Below, piece by piece: positions 9,837 through 20,530 of a stretch of 64,000 nucleotides of DNA (positions within the stretch are counted from its first letter, which is position 1; every line of letters begins with the position of its first letter). The stretch is from Methanobacteriota archaeon (GTDB lineage: Archaea > Thermoplasmatota > E2 > DHVEG-1), in contig JAZDGT010000015.1 of the NCBI GenBank assembly GCA_043806635.1, positions 964-64,963 on the forward strand, in the 5' to 3' direction. The notes under the pieces were generated by a model. The model was given only the letters and a program-made list of their open reading frames with translations. It had not been told where the DNA came from and did no database searches. The translations under genes and the position numbers were made by a program.

Positions 9837-11231
9837 ATGAATCAAGAGAGAAAAAACATTGTCATCATCGGCTGCGGTGCTGCTGGTGGAACCACCGCGC
9901 AGTTCGCTAGAAAAACCGATAGAAACGCGACCATTACCCTGATTGAAAAAGGAGCCTATCCACAATACTCAAAATGCGGGTTACCCTACGCAATCGCAGG
10001 AGTAATCCCAAAAATCGAAAACCTTATCGAATTCTCAGAGGAATGGTTCAAAAAAGAACACATCGAACTCCTCCTCAACACCACCATTGAACGAATCGAT
10101 CTCCACCAACAAACAGTATACGCAAAACAAGGAGCCGAACACCTAGAAAAACACTATAACAAACTCATTCTCGCAACCGGGGCGACCCCATGGATTCCAC
10201 CCATACAAAATATACAGAAAAACGGACAACTCCTCCACAATACTCATATGCTTCGCACACTAGACGATGGAAAAAACATACTCGCTAACGTACACAAAGG
10301 GAAACACGCAGTCGTCATTGGCGCCGGACTCATCGGCCTTGAGATGGCAGACACCCTCCATAAAAAAGGGATGAAGGTCACCGTCGTCGAAGCACTCCCG
10401 CACATCCTCGCAACAACCCTCGATGATGATATGAACGAACAAGTCCTCCAAACTATACAAGAAAACATAACAGTCTATACGAACCATTATGCGATACGCG
10501 TAGAACACCAACAAAACACGATTCAGACGCTCATCATCAAAGATGCAACAACTCAGGAAGAAAAACAACTTCCTGTTGATCTCCTCATCCTCGCAACAGG
10601 AACAAAACCTGAGGTAACACTCGCAAAAAGCATCGGATGCATCATCGGGAAAACCGGTGGAATACAGGTGAACGAACGATCAGAAACCTCACTACCACAC
10701 GTGTATGCGGCTGGTGATTGCACAGAATACAAAGATTTTGTGACTCATGAACCCCTCTGCGCAGGTCTTGGCAGCATCGCCGTGCGACAAGGTATCGCCG
10801 CAGGCATCAACGCCGCAGGAGGCGCCTACACCCTTCCTCCAGGAGTATTACTCTCACGTACATCAGAGTTTTTTGGATTGGAGATCGCTGCGGTTGGTCC
10901 TACACAAACATCACTACAGAACACGTCACTGGTCACCGGGAAATTCAATGGTTCATCACTTCCTGAGTATTTCCCCGGCGGTGAACCGATTACCATAAAA
11001 GTCGCTGCTGATGAAAACACGGGGAAAATCCTTTATGCTCAGGCGATAGGAAAAAACGCGGGGCAACGAATAAACGTGTACGCCTGTGCCATCCTCAAAG
11101 GAGCAACGATTGATGAACTAAAAAAACTGGAGACCACGTACGCACCACCGATTGCTCCAACCTTGGATGCGGTAACGCTCGCCTGTGATGTGGCCTCGTT
11201 AAAACTCGCTCGAAAAAGACGATCACCATGA
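9837..11231 (+). CDS. Pyridine nucleotide-disulfide oxidoreductase (NADH oxidase / CoA-disulfide reductase family)
   Basis: Contains NIVIIGCGAAGGTTA (FAD fold), YSKCGLPY (redox Cys), a second dinucleotide fold VVIGAGLIGLEMA, and YAAGDC. The start is moved to the ATG at 9837 because the upstream 24 codons look non-coding. Confidence 0.75.
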   Translation: MNQERKNIVIIGCGAAGGTTAQFARKTDRNATITLIEKGAYPQYSKCGLPYAIAGVIPKIENLIEFSEEWFKKEHIELLLNTTIERIDLHQQTVYAKQGAEHLEKHYNKLILATGATPWIPPIQNIQKNGQLLHNTHMLRTLDDGKNILANVHKGKHAVVIGAGLIGLEMADTLHKKGMKVTVVEALPHILATTLDDDMNEQVLQTIQENITVYTNHYAIRVEHQQNTIQTLIIKDATTQEEKQLPVDLLILATGTKPEVTLAKSIGCIIGKTGGIQVNERSETSLPHVYAAGDCTEYKDFVTHEPLCAGLGSIAVRQGIAAGINAAGGAYTLPPGVLLSRTSEFFGLEIAAVGPTQTSLQNTSLVTGKFNGSSLPEYFPGGEPITIKVAADENTGKILYAQAIGKNAGQRINVYACAILKGATIDELKKLETTYAPPIAPTLDAVTLACDVASLKLARKRRSP

Positions 11232-12364
11232 AGATTCTCCATATCGCTGATACGCATCTTGGATATTCCGCTTACCGGAAGACGAACGATGAAGGGATTA
11301 ACCAGCGAGAACAAGACACCTATGATGCGTTTCATCAGTTTATCGAATATGCTGTACAAACAAAACCTGATCTGATCCTCCACAGCGGGGACCTCTTCGA
11401 CTCCGTCCGACCCACGAACCGAGCGATCACGTTCGCCTTACAACAAATCCTCCGAGTATCCAAACAAGGGATTCCCTTCATCGTCATCGATGGAAACCAT
11501 GAACACCCAAAACTCAGAGAAACCGGTCATATCTTCAGTATTTTCGATCACCTGGAACACGTCTACCCGGTCTACCAAGAAACCTACAAGACGCTCCCCT
11601 TCACCATCAGAAAAGAAAAAGTACTCATTCATGCGGTTCCTCAATGTGCAAGTAAGGAACACTACGAAAAAGAGATGAAAAAAATAAAACTTGATTCCTC
11701 AGCACACTACAATATTCTCGTCACCCATGGATGCGTCAAAGGCATACAAGAATTCAGCATGAATGAATTCAACGAATTATTCATCCCCACCGCCTCCCTG
11801 AAAGCCCACTTCGACTACATCGCACTTGGCCATTACCATAAACATACCAAGGTTCATGACAACGCATGGTACGCAGGATCCCCAGAACGATTCACCTTCG
11901 CAGATGCTGGTGAACAAAAAGGATTTATTGAGGTAGAATGCAACGGACGACTCACCCCTCGCTTCATCCCCCTACAAAACAGATCCATGATTGATGCAGA
12001 ACCAATCGACTGCTCAAACCTTACCATAATGGAGCTTATGACCCAGCTGAAAACAACCATAAAAAAAATAGAGCCTGACAGAAAAATCATCCGCATCACC
12101 CTCCAAAACATCCCACCACATCTGAACCGCGGGATTGACTATCAAACTATAAAAAAACTCTGCGAACACAGTATCCACTACGAACTAAAAACCAACATCC
12201 TCAAAAATGAACAAGAAAAACCACAAGGCACCTCACGGATCGGCGCGTTAGTCAACGAATTCGAACGATTCCTTGATAACGAATCAATCAAAGAAAAAAA
12301 CACTCTCCGAAAACTCGGAATCGACTATATCGAAAAAACCATAACCAAAGAAGCGGAACCATGA
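11228..12364 (+). CDS. mre11: DNA double-strand-break repair nuclease Mre11
   Basis: Contains MKILHIADTHLG...HSGDLFD...VIDGNHE...GHYH phosphoesterase motifs. It has an ATGA overlap with the upstream gene and another with rad50. Confidence 0.9.
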   Translation: MKILHIADTHLGYSAYRKTNDEGINQREQDTYDAFHQFIEYAVQTKPDLILHSGDLFDSVRPTNRAITFALQQILRVSKQGIPFIVIDGNHEHPKLRETGHIFSIFDHLEHVYPVYQETYKTLPFTIRKEKVLIHAVPQCASKEHYEKEMKKIKLDSSAHYNILVTHGCVKGIQEFSMNEFNELFIPTASLKAHFDYIALGHYHKHTKVHDNAWYAGSPERFTFADAGEQKGFIEVECNGRLTPRFIPLQNRSMIDAEPIDCSNLTIMELMTQLKTTIKKIEPDRKIIRITLQNIPPHLNRGIDYQTIKKLCEHSIHYELKTNILKNEQEKPQGTSRIGALVNEFERFLDNESIKEKNTLRKLGIDYIEKTITKEAEP

Positions 12365-14467
12365 TCCTGAAAACACTCACACTAAAAAATTTCCGTAAAT
12401 TCAAACACGCCAGCATTGAATTCCCTGACGGTGTCACCGGCATCGTCGGATTAAACGGCGTAGGAAAATCTACTCTTTTCGAAGCAGTCGCCTGGGTTCT
12501 CTACGGACCTGTAGCGGCTCGAACATCTGCAGATCAAATCAAAAACAAAGCAGCAACCCCATCAGACCCCTGCCGCGTCGAACTCGAATTCATATTCGAA
12601 GGGGACACCTACCGGATTATACGAGAAATGACTGGCAAGAACCTGTCACCCTCAGCAACAGTGCTCATGAACGGAAAAATCGCCGCAACTGGTGCTGACC
12701 CCGCAACAAAATGTATAGAGAAAAAACTCGGCATAGATTTCCGATCGTTTTTTCACCTCAATTTTCGCGAAACAAAAAGAGCTCAATATGCTCTCTGCGA
12801 TAAACACCAGTGAACGACGCGTCCTGATCCTACGGATGCTCGGAATCGATGCTATCGACAAAGTCATCAAAGAAATCGGCAGTGACAAAAGACAAAAAGA
12901 AACCCTAGTAGAAAAAATACGAGCAGATCTTATCGATGAACACGGAAAAAACAAGGTGGAACGCTACATTGGTGACCTAAAAAACCTCGAAATAAAAAAA
13001 GAAAACTTTCATCAGCTCATAGAACGCATGAAAGATAAAATAATACAACATAAAAAAGATGTTGAACGAAAAGAGAAAGAATGCACCCAACAAAAAAAGG
13101 AGTACGAGTTACTCCGCCAAAAAATGGAACAACTCACCGAGAAAAAAGCGTTGTATGAAAAGAAACAGAAACTCCAAGAAAACATCACCGTATTAGAGGA
13201 AAAAATACGAGAACGAAAAAAACACGTTGATGAGCATGAGAAAAAACTCACCACATTCAGTGATATTGATCAAGAAACCCATAAGCTTGAACAGCGACTC
13301 CGCACCGTAAAAGAAAACCATGAAACCCTCATGAAAACAATTGAGCAACGAAAAACCATTATCGAACAACGGAAAATAGACATCAAAGAAATTGAAGCAA
13401 AGAAAAAAAGGATTGCACGTATGGGTCCTGATGCTGAATGCCCCACCTGCGAACGCGTCCTCGGGAAACAACATGATATCCTTGTAAAAAAATTTGATCA
13501 TGAACATCAACAGAAACACACTGAAATAACACGGATTCTACAGGAACTCAAGACGAAGCAGGGGGAAGACGAACAGACCCAACGTGAAGAGGTGGCGTTA
13601 CAAAAGAAAAAAGACTACCTCCAGAAGATGCTCCGCGAGAAAGAACGACTGTTAACCATAGTACGAAACACGATAACGGAGATGAAACGAGAACAAAAAG
13701 AACTGGAGACCAATAAAAAACAGTTGAAAGAAATAGGATCACTCGTCTTCAACCAAGACGAATATCTAAAAATGAAACATCAGGTTGAAACCACGTACAA
13801 AACCTACCAAACACTGTTAGCATCAGTCAATGAAAAAAAAGAAATTTTTAATCGAGCTCAGCTGGATCACGAACGAAAAGAAAGCGAAAAAAAACTCATT
13901 CTTCAACAGATTACTATGCTCCAACAGCGTATCGAAGAGCTAGAAAAAAGACAGAAACAAATCGAAAACGACCAAAAAACGGTTCAATATCTTTCGATGC
14001 TCAACGAGGTGATGTCGAATTTCCGAACATATCTGATCTCACGGATTAGACCGACGCTTAGCTTCTATGCCTCAGATTTTTTTGGGCGATTAACCGATGG
14101 GAAATACCAGGAGATTGAACTAGATGAAGACTATAACATCCAAATCTACGATGAAGGCACTTGCTATACAATCGATCGTTTCTCCGGGGGAGAGGAAGAC
14201 CTGGCGAACCTCTGCCTCCGCCTCGCAATCTCAGAGGTGATCACGGAGCGTGCAGGGGGCGTCTTCAACTTTATCATCCTGGATGAAATCTTCGGGTCTC
14301 AGGATATGATCCGACGGCAGAGCATTATGAAAGCCTTAAATAGTCTTTCATCAAAATTCAGACAGATATTCCTCATCACCCACGTTGACGAAATAAAAAA
14401 CGATATTGAACACACCATCACCGTTGTTGAAGACAACAACGGGGTTAGTACAATAACAATCAACTAA
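12361..14467 (+). CDS. rad50: Rad50 ATPase, reading frame interrupted by a 1-nt insertion in a T6 run (12748-12753)
   Basis: ORF 12361-12813 carries Walker A (GLNGVGKSTLFEA). ORF 12788-14467 carries the coiled coil, a CPTC zinc hook, the signature FSGGEEDLANLCLRLA and Walker B FIILDEIF. Removing one T gives a continuous ...IDFRSFFTSIFAKQKELNMLSA... (Q-loop region). Confidence 0.88.
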
Positions 14468-14971
14468 TTAGCTGCTGCTCACTTTTTTAATACGTTCGAC
14501 TCCATCTCGCTGATTAATAAGACGTACCACCGAGGGAGGAACTAGGTCCTGCCAGGGTTCACCATGGATGATTCGTCGACGGATTTCTTTCCCAGAAAAA
14601 CTTTTCCTTTTATACACCGGGGTACCAACAACCCGATACCCCTTCTCAGAAAACAACTGCTGAGTCAACGGGTTATTCGACACCACCACATCAAAATCAG
14701 ACACAATCGTACACACATGAGCAACCCAATGAGGAGGATCATGAATATCTGGGATCTGAACAATCCGATAATTCTCAATACCCTCAGCATGTAACGACTC
14801 ACCAATCATCTGCTCCCGTTCCTCAGCAGAAAACGGGTTCTCCTGAGTCCCAGAATACTGCGAAGACCCAATCCCAATAATGACCACCGCATACTCCGTA
14901 CTCAACCGTTGAAGAACCATCAGATGACCATTATGGAACGGCTGAAACCTTCCAACAAACAACGCATTCAT
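14468..14971 (-). CDS. nadM: Nicotinamide-nucleotide adenylyltransferase (archaeal NMNAT)
   Basis: 167 aa. Starts MNALFVGRFQPFHNGHL (the (H/T)xGH nucleotidyltransferase motif). Confidence 0.88.
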   Translation of the reverse strand: MNALFVGRFQPFHNGHLMVLQRLSTEYAVVIIGIGSSQYSGTQENPFSAEEREQMIGESLHAEGIENYRIVQIPDIHDPPHWVAHVCTIVSDFDVVVSNNPLTQQLFSEKGYRVVGTPVYKRKSFSGKEIRRRIIHGEPWQDLVPPSVVRLINQRDGVERIKKVSSS

Positions 14972-15006
14972 ACGAAAACAAGAAACAACACAACAGTATT
15001 AAAATA

Positions 15007-17082
15007 TTATTTTCTTGAAGACCGAGACGAACTCACCCGATGACCGTTCTTCCCACGAGTTCCCCCCACAATAGAACCAGGTTTCTGCTTCGACGCAGGA
15101 GTCTTCGGTTTCTCCGATTCCAACTCCACCTTCCCCACTACCATCGGAGGACGCATCGCCTTCAACTTCTCCAACAGTTTATCCTTCCCCTCACCAATCA
15201 ACGCATGCTGCAACACATCATTCAACGTCTCAACAGGGATAATCTCAATCTTCCCCTCATACTTATCCTCTAACAACACATCATTCAAGTTCGCCTTCGG
15301 AATAAGCACCGTCTTAATACCAGCCTCAGCCGCAGCCTCAATCTTCGCAGTCACCCCACCAATAGGTAACACCGTACCACGGATACTAATCGAACCCGTC
15401 ATCGCAACATCCTGCCGAACCGAAACATTCTCCATAGCTGAAATCACCGCGGTAATCAACGAAATACTCGCTGAATCACCCTCAATACCCTCATACGTCC
15501 CAATAAACTGGATATGAATATCATGCTTGGAAATATCCCGACCCATATACTTCTTAATAATCGCAGAGATGTTCTGCACCGACTCCTTCGCGATTTCCCC
15601 TAACTTCCCCGTCGCAATAATCTTCCCCTCAGACTGAGAACCCGCAGGGGTCACCTCAGCCACGATCGGAAGCACTAACCCAGAAAACTCGCTCATCGAT
15701 ACATCCGCAGAATGCACCGCAAGACCATTCACCACACCAATCTCTTCCCCCGAGGTTTTAAACGAGCGGTACGTCTTCTGAGACTCCAACGCGCGATCCA
15801 CAACCTGCTGTTCTAAAGAACGAGCAATTACTTTTGCGACTAGGACATGATCCTTCGTAACCGTTTTGTCCCCCCGCTCAAAAGCGATGTCTCCTGCAGC
15901 CCGAACTAAACCACCAAGTTCACGCAATCGCAATGACAACTTTCCTTTCCGCCCGGCTCTCCTCCGAGCCTCATGAATAATCTCAGCTACCGCATCCTGA
16001 TCAAAATGGTGAATCTTCCCGTCCTTCTTGACTTCCTGAGCAACAAAACGGATCAGCTTCTCCCGATTCGCATCAGTATCATCCATCGCACTATTCAAAT
16101 AGACTTCATACCCGTACCCGCGAATCCTGGAACGAAGTGCAGGATGCATCCCGTTTAACGCATCGAGATTTCCAGCGGATACCAGGATGAAATCACACGG
16201 AACCGGCTCGGTTTTCACCATGGCACCGAAACTGCGATCAGATTGCCCAGTGATCTGGAATTTTTTCTCTTGAATCGCAGTGAGAAGATGCTGCTGAGAA
16301 GGTAAATTTAAGGTGTTTATCTCATCAATATACAACACACCCTTATGCGCCCGATGAATCGCACCTGCTTCCACAAGCTGATGAGGCGGAGTCTCCAACC
16401 CTGCAGATTGAAACGGATCATGCCGTACATCACCGAGAAGCGCTCCAGAATGGGCGGCAGTCGCATCAATAAACGGCGGAGCATCGCTTTTATCATGAGA
16501 AACCAGAATCTTTGGTATCTGCTGAAGGTCTCGTCGTTGTGTGAGTGCTCCTCGCGCAATAAACAGATAAATCATGACCGCGGCGATGATACCGAAAACC
16601 GCGTACTCAAGATGCACTGGTCCACCTCTAAACGTTTCTGCAACCGCGGCGAAAATAGAAAACATGATGATGCCTAAGACGATCACCGTAATCATACTGC
16701 TTTGTTGTTCTCGTCGTTTCCGTGCTTCCTCCCGTTGAGATTTGATGATCTCATTTGCTTTACCACCAGGCACAACACGGATATGAGGAGTAGTCGAATC
16801 ATCATTATTCGGGTACGCGATGATATCCTCAAGTTCTTCTTTGGGTAAAAACTCGGTCATCGCTCGGGCAACCATGGATTTACCAGTACCAGGGTCACCG
16901 ATGAGCATCACATGCCGTTTCTGCTCTGCTGCTTTTTTTACAATCTCAACAGCTCTATCTTGACCGATGACTTGATCAAGAAGGCTTTCAGGAACAGGGA
17001 TATCTTTGGTTGAAGCGAATTTATGGTTTTTAATCCAATCCTCAATGGATGGCATCTCTTTTTTCTCTTGTTCCTCAGACAA
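15007..17082 (-). CDS. lonB: Archaeal membrane-bound Lon protease (LonB)
   Basis: Walker A is GDPGTGKS. A hydrophobic insert ([15 protein letters not shown]...[13 protein letters not shown]) lies inside the AAA+ module. The protease domain has GDSAS and GVTAKIEAA (Ser-Lys dyad). Confidence 0.92.
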   Translation of the reverse strand: MSEEQEKKEMPSIEDWIKNHKFASTKDIPVPESLLDQVIGQDRAVEIVKKAAEQKRHVMLIGDPGTGKSMVARAMTEFLPKEELEDIIAYPNNDDSTTPHIRVVPGGKANEIIKSQREEARKRREQQSSMITVIVLGIIMFSIFAAVAETFRGGPVHLEYAVFGIIAAVMIYLFIARGALTQRRDLQQIPKILVSHDKSDAPPFIDATAAHSGALLGDVRHDPFQSAGLETPPHQLVEAGAIHRAHKGVLYIDEINTLNLPSQQHLLTAIQEKKFQITGQSDRSFGAMVKTEPVPCDFILVSAGNLDALNGMHPALRSRIRGYGYEVYLNSAMDDTDANREKLIRFVAQEVKKDGKIHHFDQDAVAEIIHEARRRAGRKGKLSLRLRELGGLVRAAGDIAFERGDKTVTKDHVLVAKVIARSLEQQVVDRALESQKTYRSFKTSGEEIGVVNGLAVHSADVSMSEFSGLVLPIVAEVTPAGSQSEGKIIATGKLGEIAKESVQNISAIIKKYMGRDISKHDIHIQFIGTYEGIEGDSASISLITAVISAMENVSVRQDVAMTGSISIRGTVLPIGGVTAKIEAAAEAGIKTVLIPKANLNDVLLEDKYEGKIEIIPVETLNDVLQHALIGEGKDKLLEKLKAMRPPMVVGKVELESEKPKTPASKQKPGSIVGGTRGKNGHRVSSSRSSRK

Positions 17083-17245
17083 TAACGGCTCACCCTAGAC
17101 CATTTTCTTAGAATATAATGTAACAGTATAATATAATATTTACCCACTGTAACCAAGGATGCTATATGAATCTTTTCTTTTCCAAGGAGAAGAGGCGTTG
17201 CCTTTATAATAGGTTAAATGTTTTCGCTTTAGCGGATGGTTAGGA

Positions 17246-18169
17246 ATGGCGTTTGATAGGAAAAGTTTAGTGCTTCCTGATAAAACGGTTTTCGATGATC
17301 GGGTGATTGTGACGAAAGGTGATGTGGTTATTGGGGATCGTTCGATGTTACAGTTTGGGATACGGACTGATGGCAGGATTTTTGTGGGTGAGCATGTGGT
17401 TATTGACGGAGAGTTGGATGCGACGAAAGATGTTCGTGTCGATATTTTTTCGAGTATCGGGGGGAATATTGTTAGTGGAGGGAATGTGTATCTGGGGGAG
17501 AAGGTGAAGGTGAAAGGGAAGTTGTCGTTGAAGGGTGATCTTGATGTGGGGGATAGTGTGGAGATTGAGCAGGGTTTTGAGGCGAAAGGGTGGATTAATA
17601 TTCGTAGCCCCATACCCATTATTATATATATTTTTATATATCTTACACAGTTGTTGAGGATGGGGCGCAGTGAAGAAATCGAACGAATCCTCGACGAACT
17701 CGAAGTCAATGACGGCGCAATGATTCCCATCTCAGAAACATTCCTATTCATACCAAACAATTCCATAATGAGTACACAAAAATCCCGAGTTGATGCAAAC
17801 CTATGGATTGGTAAACAATGTAAAATACTGGGTAATTATACGATCAAAGGAAACGCTACCGCTGATGATCACGCGAAAATAAACGGTTCAATCGATGCTA
17901 CAGGAGATGTCGTCTGCGGGAAACACGTCACCGTTCATGGGAACCTCAGTTCAACAGGAGAAACACGTATTGATGAACACACCATCATCTATGGAAACGT
18001 CTCAGCAGAAAAAATCCTATTATCAAAAACTGCAACAGTACAGGGAACACTCTTTGCGGCGAACGGAATATCGTTTGTTGATAAGACAGAGAAACAAGTG
18101 ACTGAAAAGGTTAAAAGATTTGAGACGAATGCGGATATTGTTGATGAAGTAAAGAGCATGTTGGAGTAA
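17246..18169 (+). CDS. Two-domain beta-helical (bactofilin-like) polymer-forming protein with central hydrophobic segment
   Basis: Two blocks of short G/V/D-rich beta-strand repeats (VVIGDRSMLQFGIRTDGRIFVGEHVVIDGELDA..., KINGSIDATGDVVCGKHVTVHGNLSSTGETRIDEHTIIYGNV) flank the segment PIPIIIYIFIYLTQLL. Confidence 0.4.
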   Translation: MAFDRKSLVLPDKTVFDDRVIVTKGDVVIGDRSMLQFGIRTDGRIFVGEHVVIDGELDATKDVRVDIFSSIGGNIVSGGNVYLGEKVKVKGKLSLKGDLDVGDSVEIEQGFEAKGWINIRSPIPIIIYIFIYLTQLLRMGRSEEIERILDELEVNDGAMIPISETFLFIPNNSIMSTQKSRVDANLWIGKQCKILGNYTIKGNATADDHAKINGSIDATGDVVCGKHVTVHGNLSSTGETRIDEHTIIYGNVSAEKILLSKTATVQGTLFAANGISFVDKTEKQVTEKVKRFETNADIVDEVKSMLE

Positions 18170-18176
18170 ACCCACT

Positions 18177-19382
18177 ATGGGGATGCAGTTAGGTATTGTT
18201 GGGAAACCGAATGTTGGGAAATCCACCTTTTTTAATGCAGCCACTGATGCTCATGCGGAGATCGCGAACTACCCGTTCACTACGATCGATGCGAATCATG
18301 GCGTCATGTACATTCGCACCCCATGCCCCTGTACCGAGTTTAAACTGCATTGTACACCACATAACTCGAAATGCGTGGATGGAGTTCGTTTCGTCCCCAT
18401 CGAAGCAATCGATGTTGCAGGTCTTGTCCCTGATGCCCATAAAGGGCGAGGGCTAGGGAATAAATTCCTTGATGATCTTCGTCAAGCGGATGCATTCATC
18501 CATATCGTGGATGCCTCAGGGAGCACTGATGCAGAGGGGAACCCTTGCAATGTCGGGAGTTACGACCCCTTGAATGATGTGGATTTTCTTGAGAAAGAAA
18601 TCACGTATTGGTTACTTGGGATTATTCAAGATGGATGGGATCGACTCGCAAAAAAATGCGAGCTCGAGGATAGTGAAATCGAAAAAGTCCTCGCTGAACG
18701 ACTCACGGGTCTTGGGATCAAAGAAGACCATATCGTGAATGCGATGAGAACTAGTAATCTGAATGCGAAGAAGCCGTCACACTGGAATGATGACGAGCTC
18801 CTTCAGCTTGCAGAGTATGTACGTCGTGTGAGTAAACCGATGATACTCGCCTTCAATAAATCAGATAAAGCACCGGAAAAGTTTATGCAGAAAGCAGATG
18901 AACTCAAAACCAAAGGATACCGTGTGATACCGACGAGTGCTGAATCAGAGCTTGCATTAAACAATGCCGCGAAAAAAGGAATCATCTCGTATACCCCGGG
19001 GAGTAACACGTTTTCGATCATCAAAAACGAGGAGCTCACTGAGAAACAACGACAAGCGCTCCAGTACATCCAAACGCATGTCCTCACCAAATACGGATCA
19101 ACAGGTGTCCAGAAGTGCATCGAATCAGCAGTCCAGATGCTTCATCTCATCGTCGTCTACCCTGTTGAGGACGCGCATCATCTCACGGATAAACAAGGAA
19201 GAATACTCCCTGATGCGTACCTTGTTCCTGAAGGGACAAATGCGCGGGATCTCGCCTTCAAAGTACATACAGACCTCGGAAAACATTTTATCCGCGCTAT
19301 TGACGCACGAACACAGCGAGTCATCGGCGCTGATCACCCATTAAAGAACGGAGACGTCGTCAGTATCATCGCTGATATCTAA
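18177..19382 (+). CDS. ychF: YchF/OLA1-family P-loop NTPase with C-terminal TGS-like domain
   Basis: Contains GIVGKPNVGKSTFFNA...NYPFTTIDAN...DVAGLV. The C-terminal GDVVSII is typical of a TGS domain. Confidence 0.8.
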   Translation: MGMQLGIVGKPNVGKSTFFNAATDAHAEIANYPFTTIDANHGVMYIRTPCPCTEFKLHCTPHNSKCVDGVRFVPIEAIDVAGLVPDAHKGRGLGNKFLDDLRQADAFIHIVDASGSTDAEGNPCNVGSYDPLNDVDFLEKEITYWLLGIIQDGWDRLAKKCELEDSEIEKVLAERLTGLGIKEDHIVNAMRTSNLNAKKPSHWNDDELLQLAEYVRRVSKPMILAFNKSDKAPEKFMQKADELKTKGYRVIPTSAESELALNNAAKKGIISYTPGSNTFSIIKNEELTEKQRQALQYIQTHVLTKYGSTGVQKCIESAVQMLHLIVVYPVEDAHHLTDKQGRILPDAYLVPEGTNARDLAFKVHTDLGKHFIRAIDARTQRVIGADHPLKNGDVVSIIADI

Positions 19383-19457
19383 ATTAGTACCATATTTCTC
19401 GTCAGAGAAAAAAAGAAAAAGAGAAGAATGATATCCGCTGGAGGGGGTTTACGTATT

Positions 19458-20480
19458 ATGAAACCTGAGAAAAAAAAGTTACTCAAACAAAAAATTGATC
19501 ATATCGATATCAAAACCTTCAACAGCATCCCGTTAATCAACGCGTTTGACCATATGGCGTTCCAATCACGAAACCTTGCGAACGCGTGTAAAATCTTTGA
19601 AACCATGCTTGCGGATAAAGACTGCTCGGTGATTCTCTGTCTCGCAGGATCCCTCGTCAGCGCAGGACTGAAAAACGCTATCGTTGACATGATTCGTTTC
19701 AACATGATTGATGCGGTCGTCTCCACCGGCGCCATCGTCGTTGATCAAGATTTCTTCGAAGGACTTGGGTTCTCCCATTACCGGGGGGAAATACGGGTTG
19801 ACGACACAAAACTTCAGAAGATGCACATCGATCGTATCTATGACACGTTTATCGACGAGGATGATCTCCGAGTCTGTGACATGACCGTGAAAAAAATTGC
19901 GGATACCTTACCCCCAAAACCGTATTCCTCCAGAGAGTTTATCTACGAAATGGGTCGATATCTGAAGAGTCATGGGAAAAACCCTGATTCGTTCGTACTT
20001 GAAGCTTACAAACATGAAATCCCTATCTTCTGCCCTGCGTTTTCCGATTCTAGTGCTGGTTTTGGATTAGTCTTTCATCAACATGAACACAAAGGTGATT
20101 CAGTCTCGATTGATTCCGTGAAGGATTTCAAAGAATTAACAGAGTTAAAAATTCATGCGAAACAAACTGGGCTCTTCATGATCGGAGGAGGTGTCCCGAA
20201 AAACTTCGTCCAAGACACCGTTGTTGCCGCAGATATCCTCGGAGTCGATGCGCCGATGCATAAATACGCAATACAACTCACCGTCGCAGATGAACGCGAT
20301 GGAGGCCTCTCCGGCTCAACCTTAAAAGAGGCGAACTCCTGGGGGAAAGTCGACACCGACTATGAACAAATGGTGTATAGCGAAGCAACCCTTACCTTCC
20401 CTCTCATCGTCAGCTACGCGTACCACAAAGGCGTCTGGAAGAAACGAAAACCACAACACTTGAACAACCTCTTCAAATAA
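19458..20480 (+). CDS. dys: Deoxyhypusine synthase
   Basis: Contains LAGSLVSAGLKNAIVDMIRFNMIDAVVSTGA and GGGVPKNF motifs. The start is chosen at MKPEKKK (the track ORF starts 10 codons earlier). Confidence 0.85.
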   Translation: MKPEKKKLLKQKIDHIDIKTFNSIPLINAFDHMAFQSRNLANACKIFETMLADKDCSVILCLAGSLVSAGLKNAIVDMIRFNMIDAVVSTGAIVVDQDFFEGLGFSHYRGEIRVDDTKLQKMHIDRIYDTFIDEDDLRVCDMTVKKIADTLPPKPYSSREFIYEMGRYLKSHGKNPDSFVLEAYKHEIPIFCPAFSDSSAGFGLVFHQHEHKGDSVSIDSVKDFKELTELKIHAKQTGLFMIGGGVPKNFVQDTVVAADILGVDAPMHKYAIQLTVADERDGGLSGSTLKEANSWGKVDTDYEQMVYSEATLTFPLIVSYAYHKGVWKKRKPQHLNNLFK

Positions 20481-20530
20481 CCAAAAGAAGATAAACCATT
20501 ATATAGGTCAGACATTTCTCTTTCCATCTT

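Noticed and set aside
12361-14467. Rad50 as a naturally split two-gene system
   Set aside because: The two ORFs overlap, and removing one T from a T6 run restores a continuous, conserved Q-loop sequence. ORF2's listed ATG is an internal Met (…ELNMLSA…). A frameshift or sequencing error is more parsimonious.
17140-17766. 208-aa ORF on the minus strand
   Set aside because: It lies entirely antisense to the repeat-rich bactofilin-like gene. Its composition is low-complexity S/P/I-rich and it has no recognisable motifs. It is a shadow ORF.
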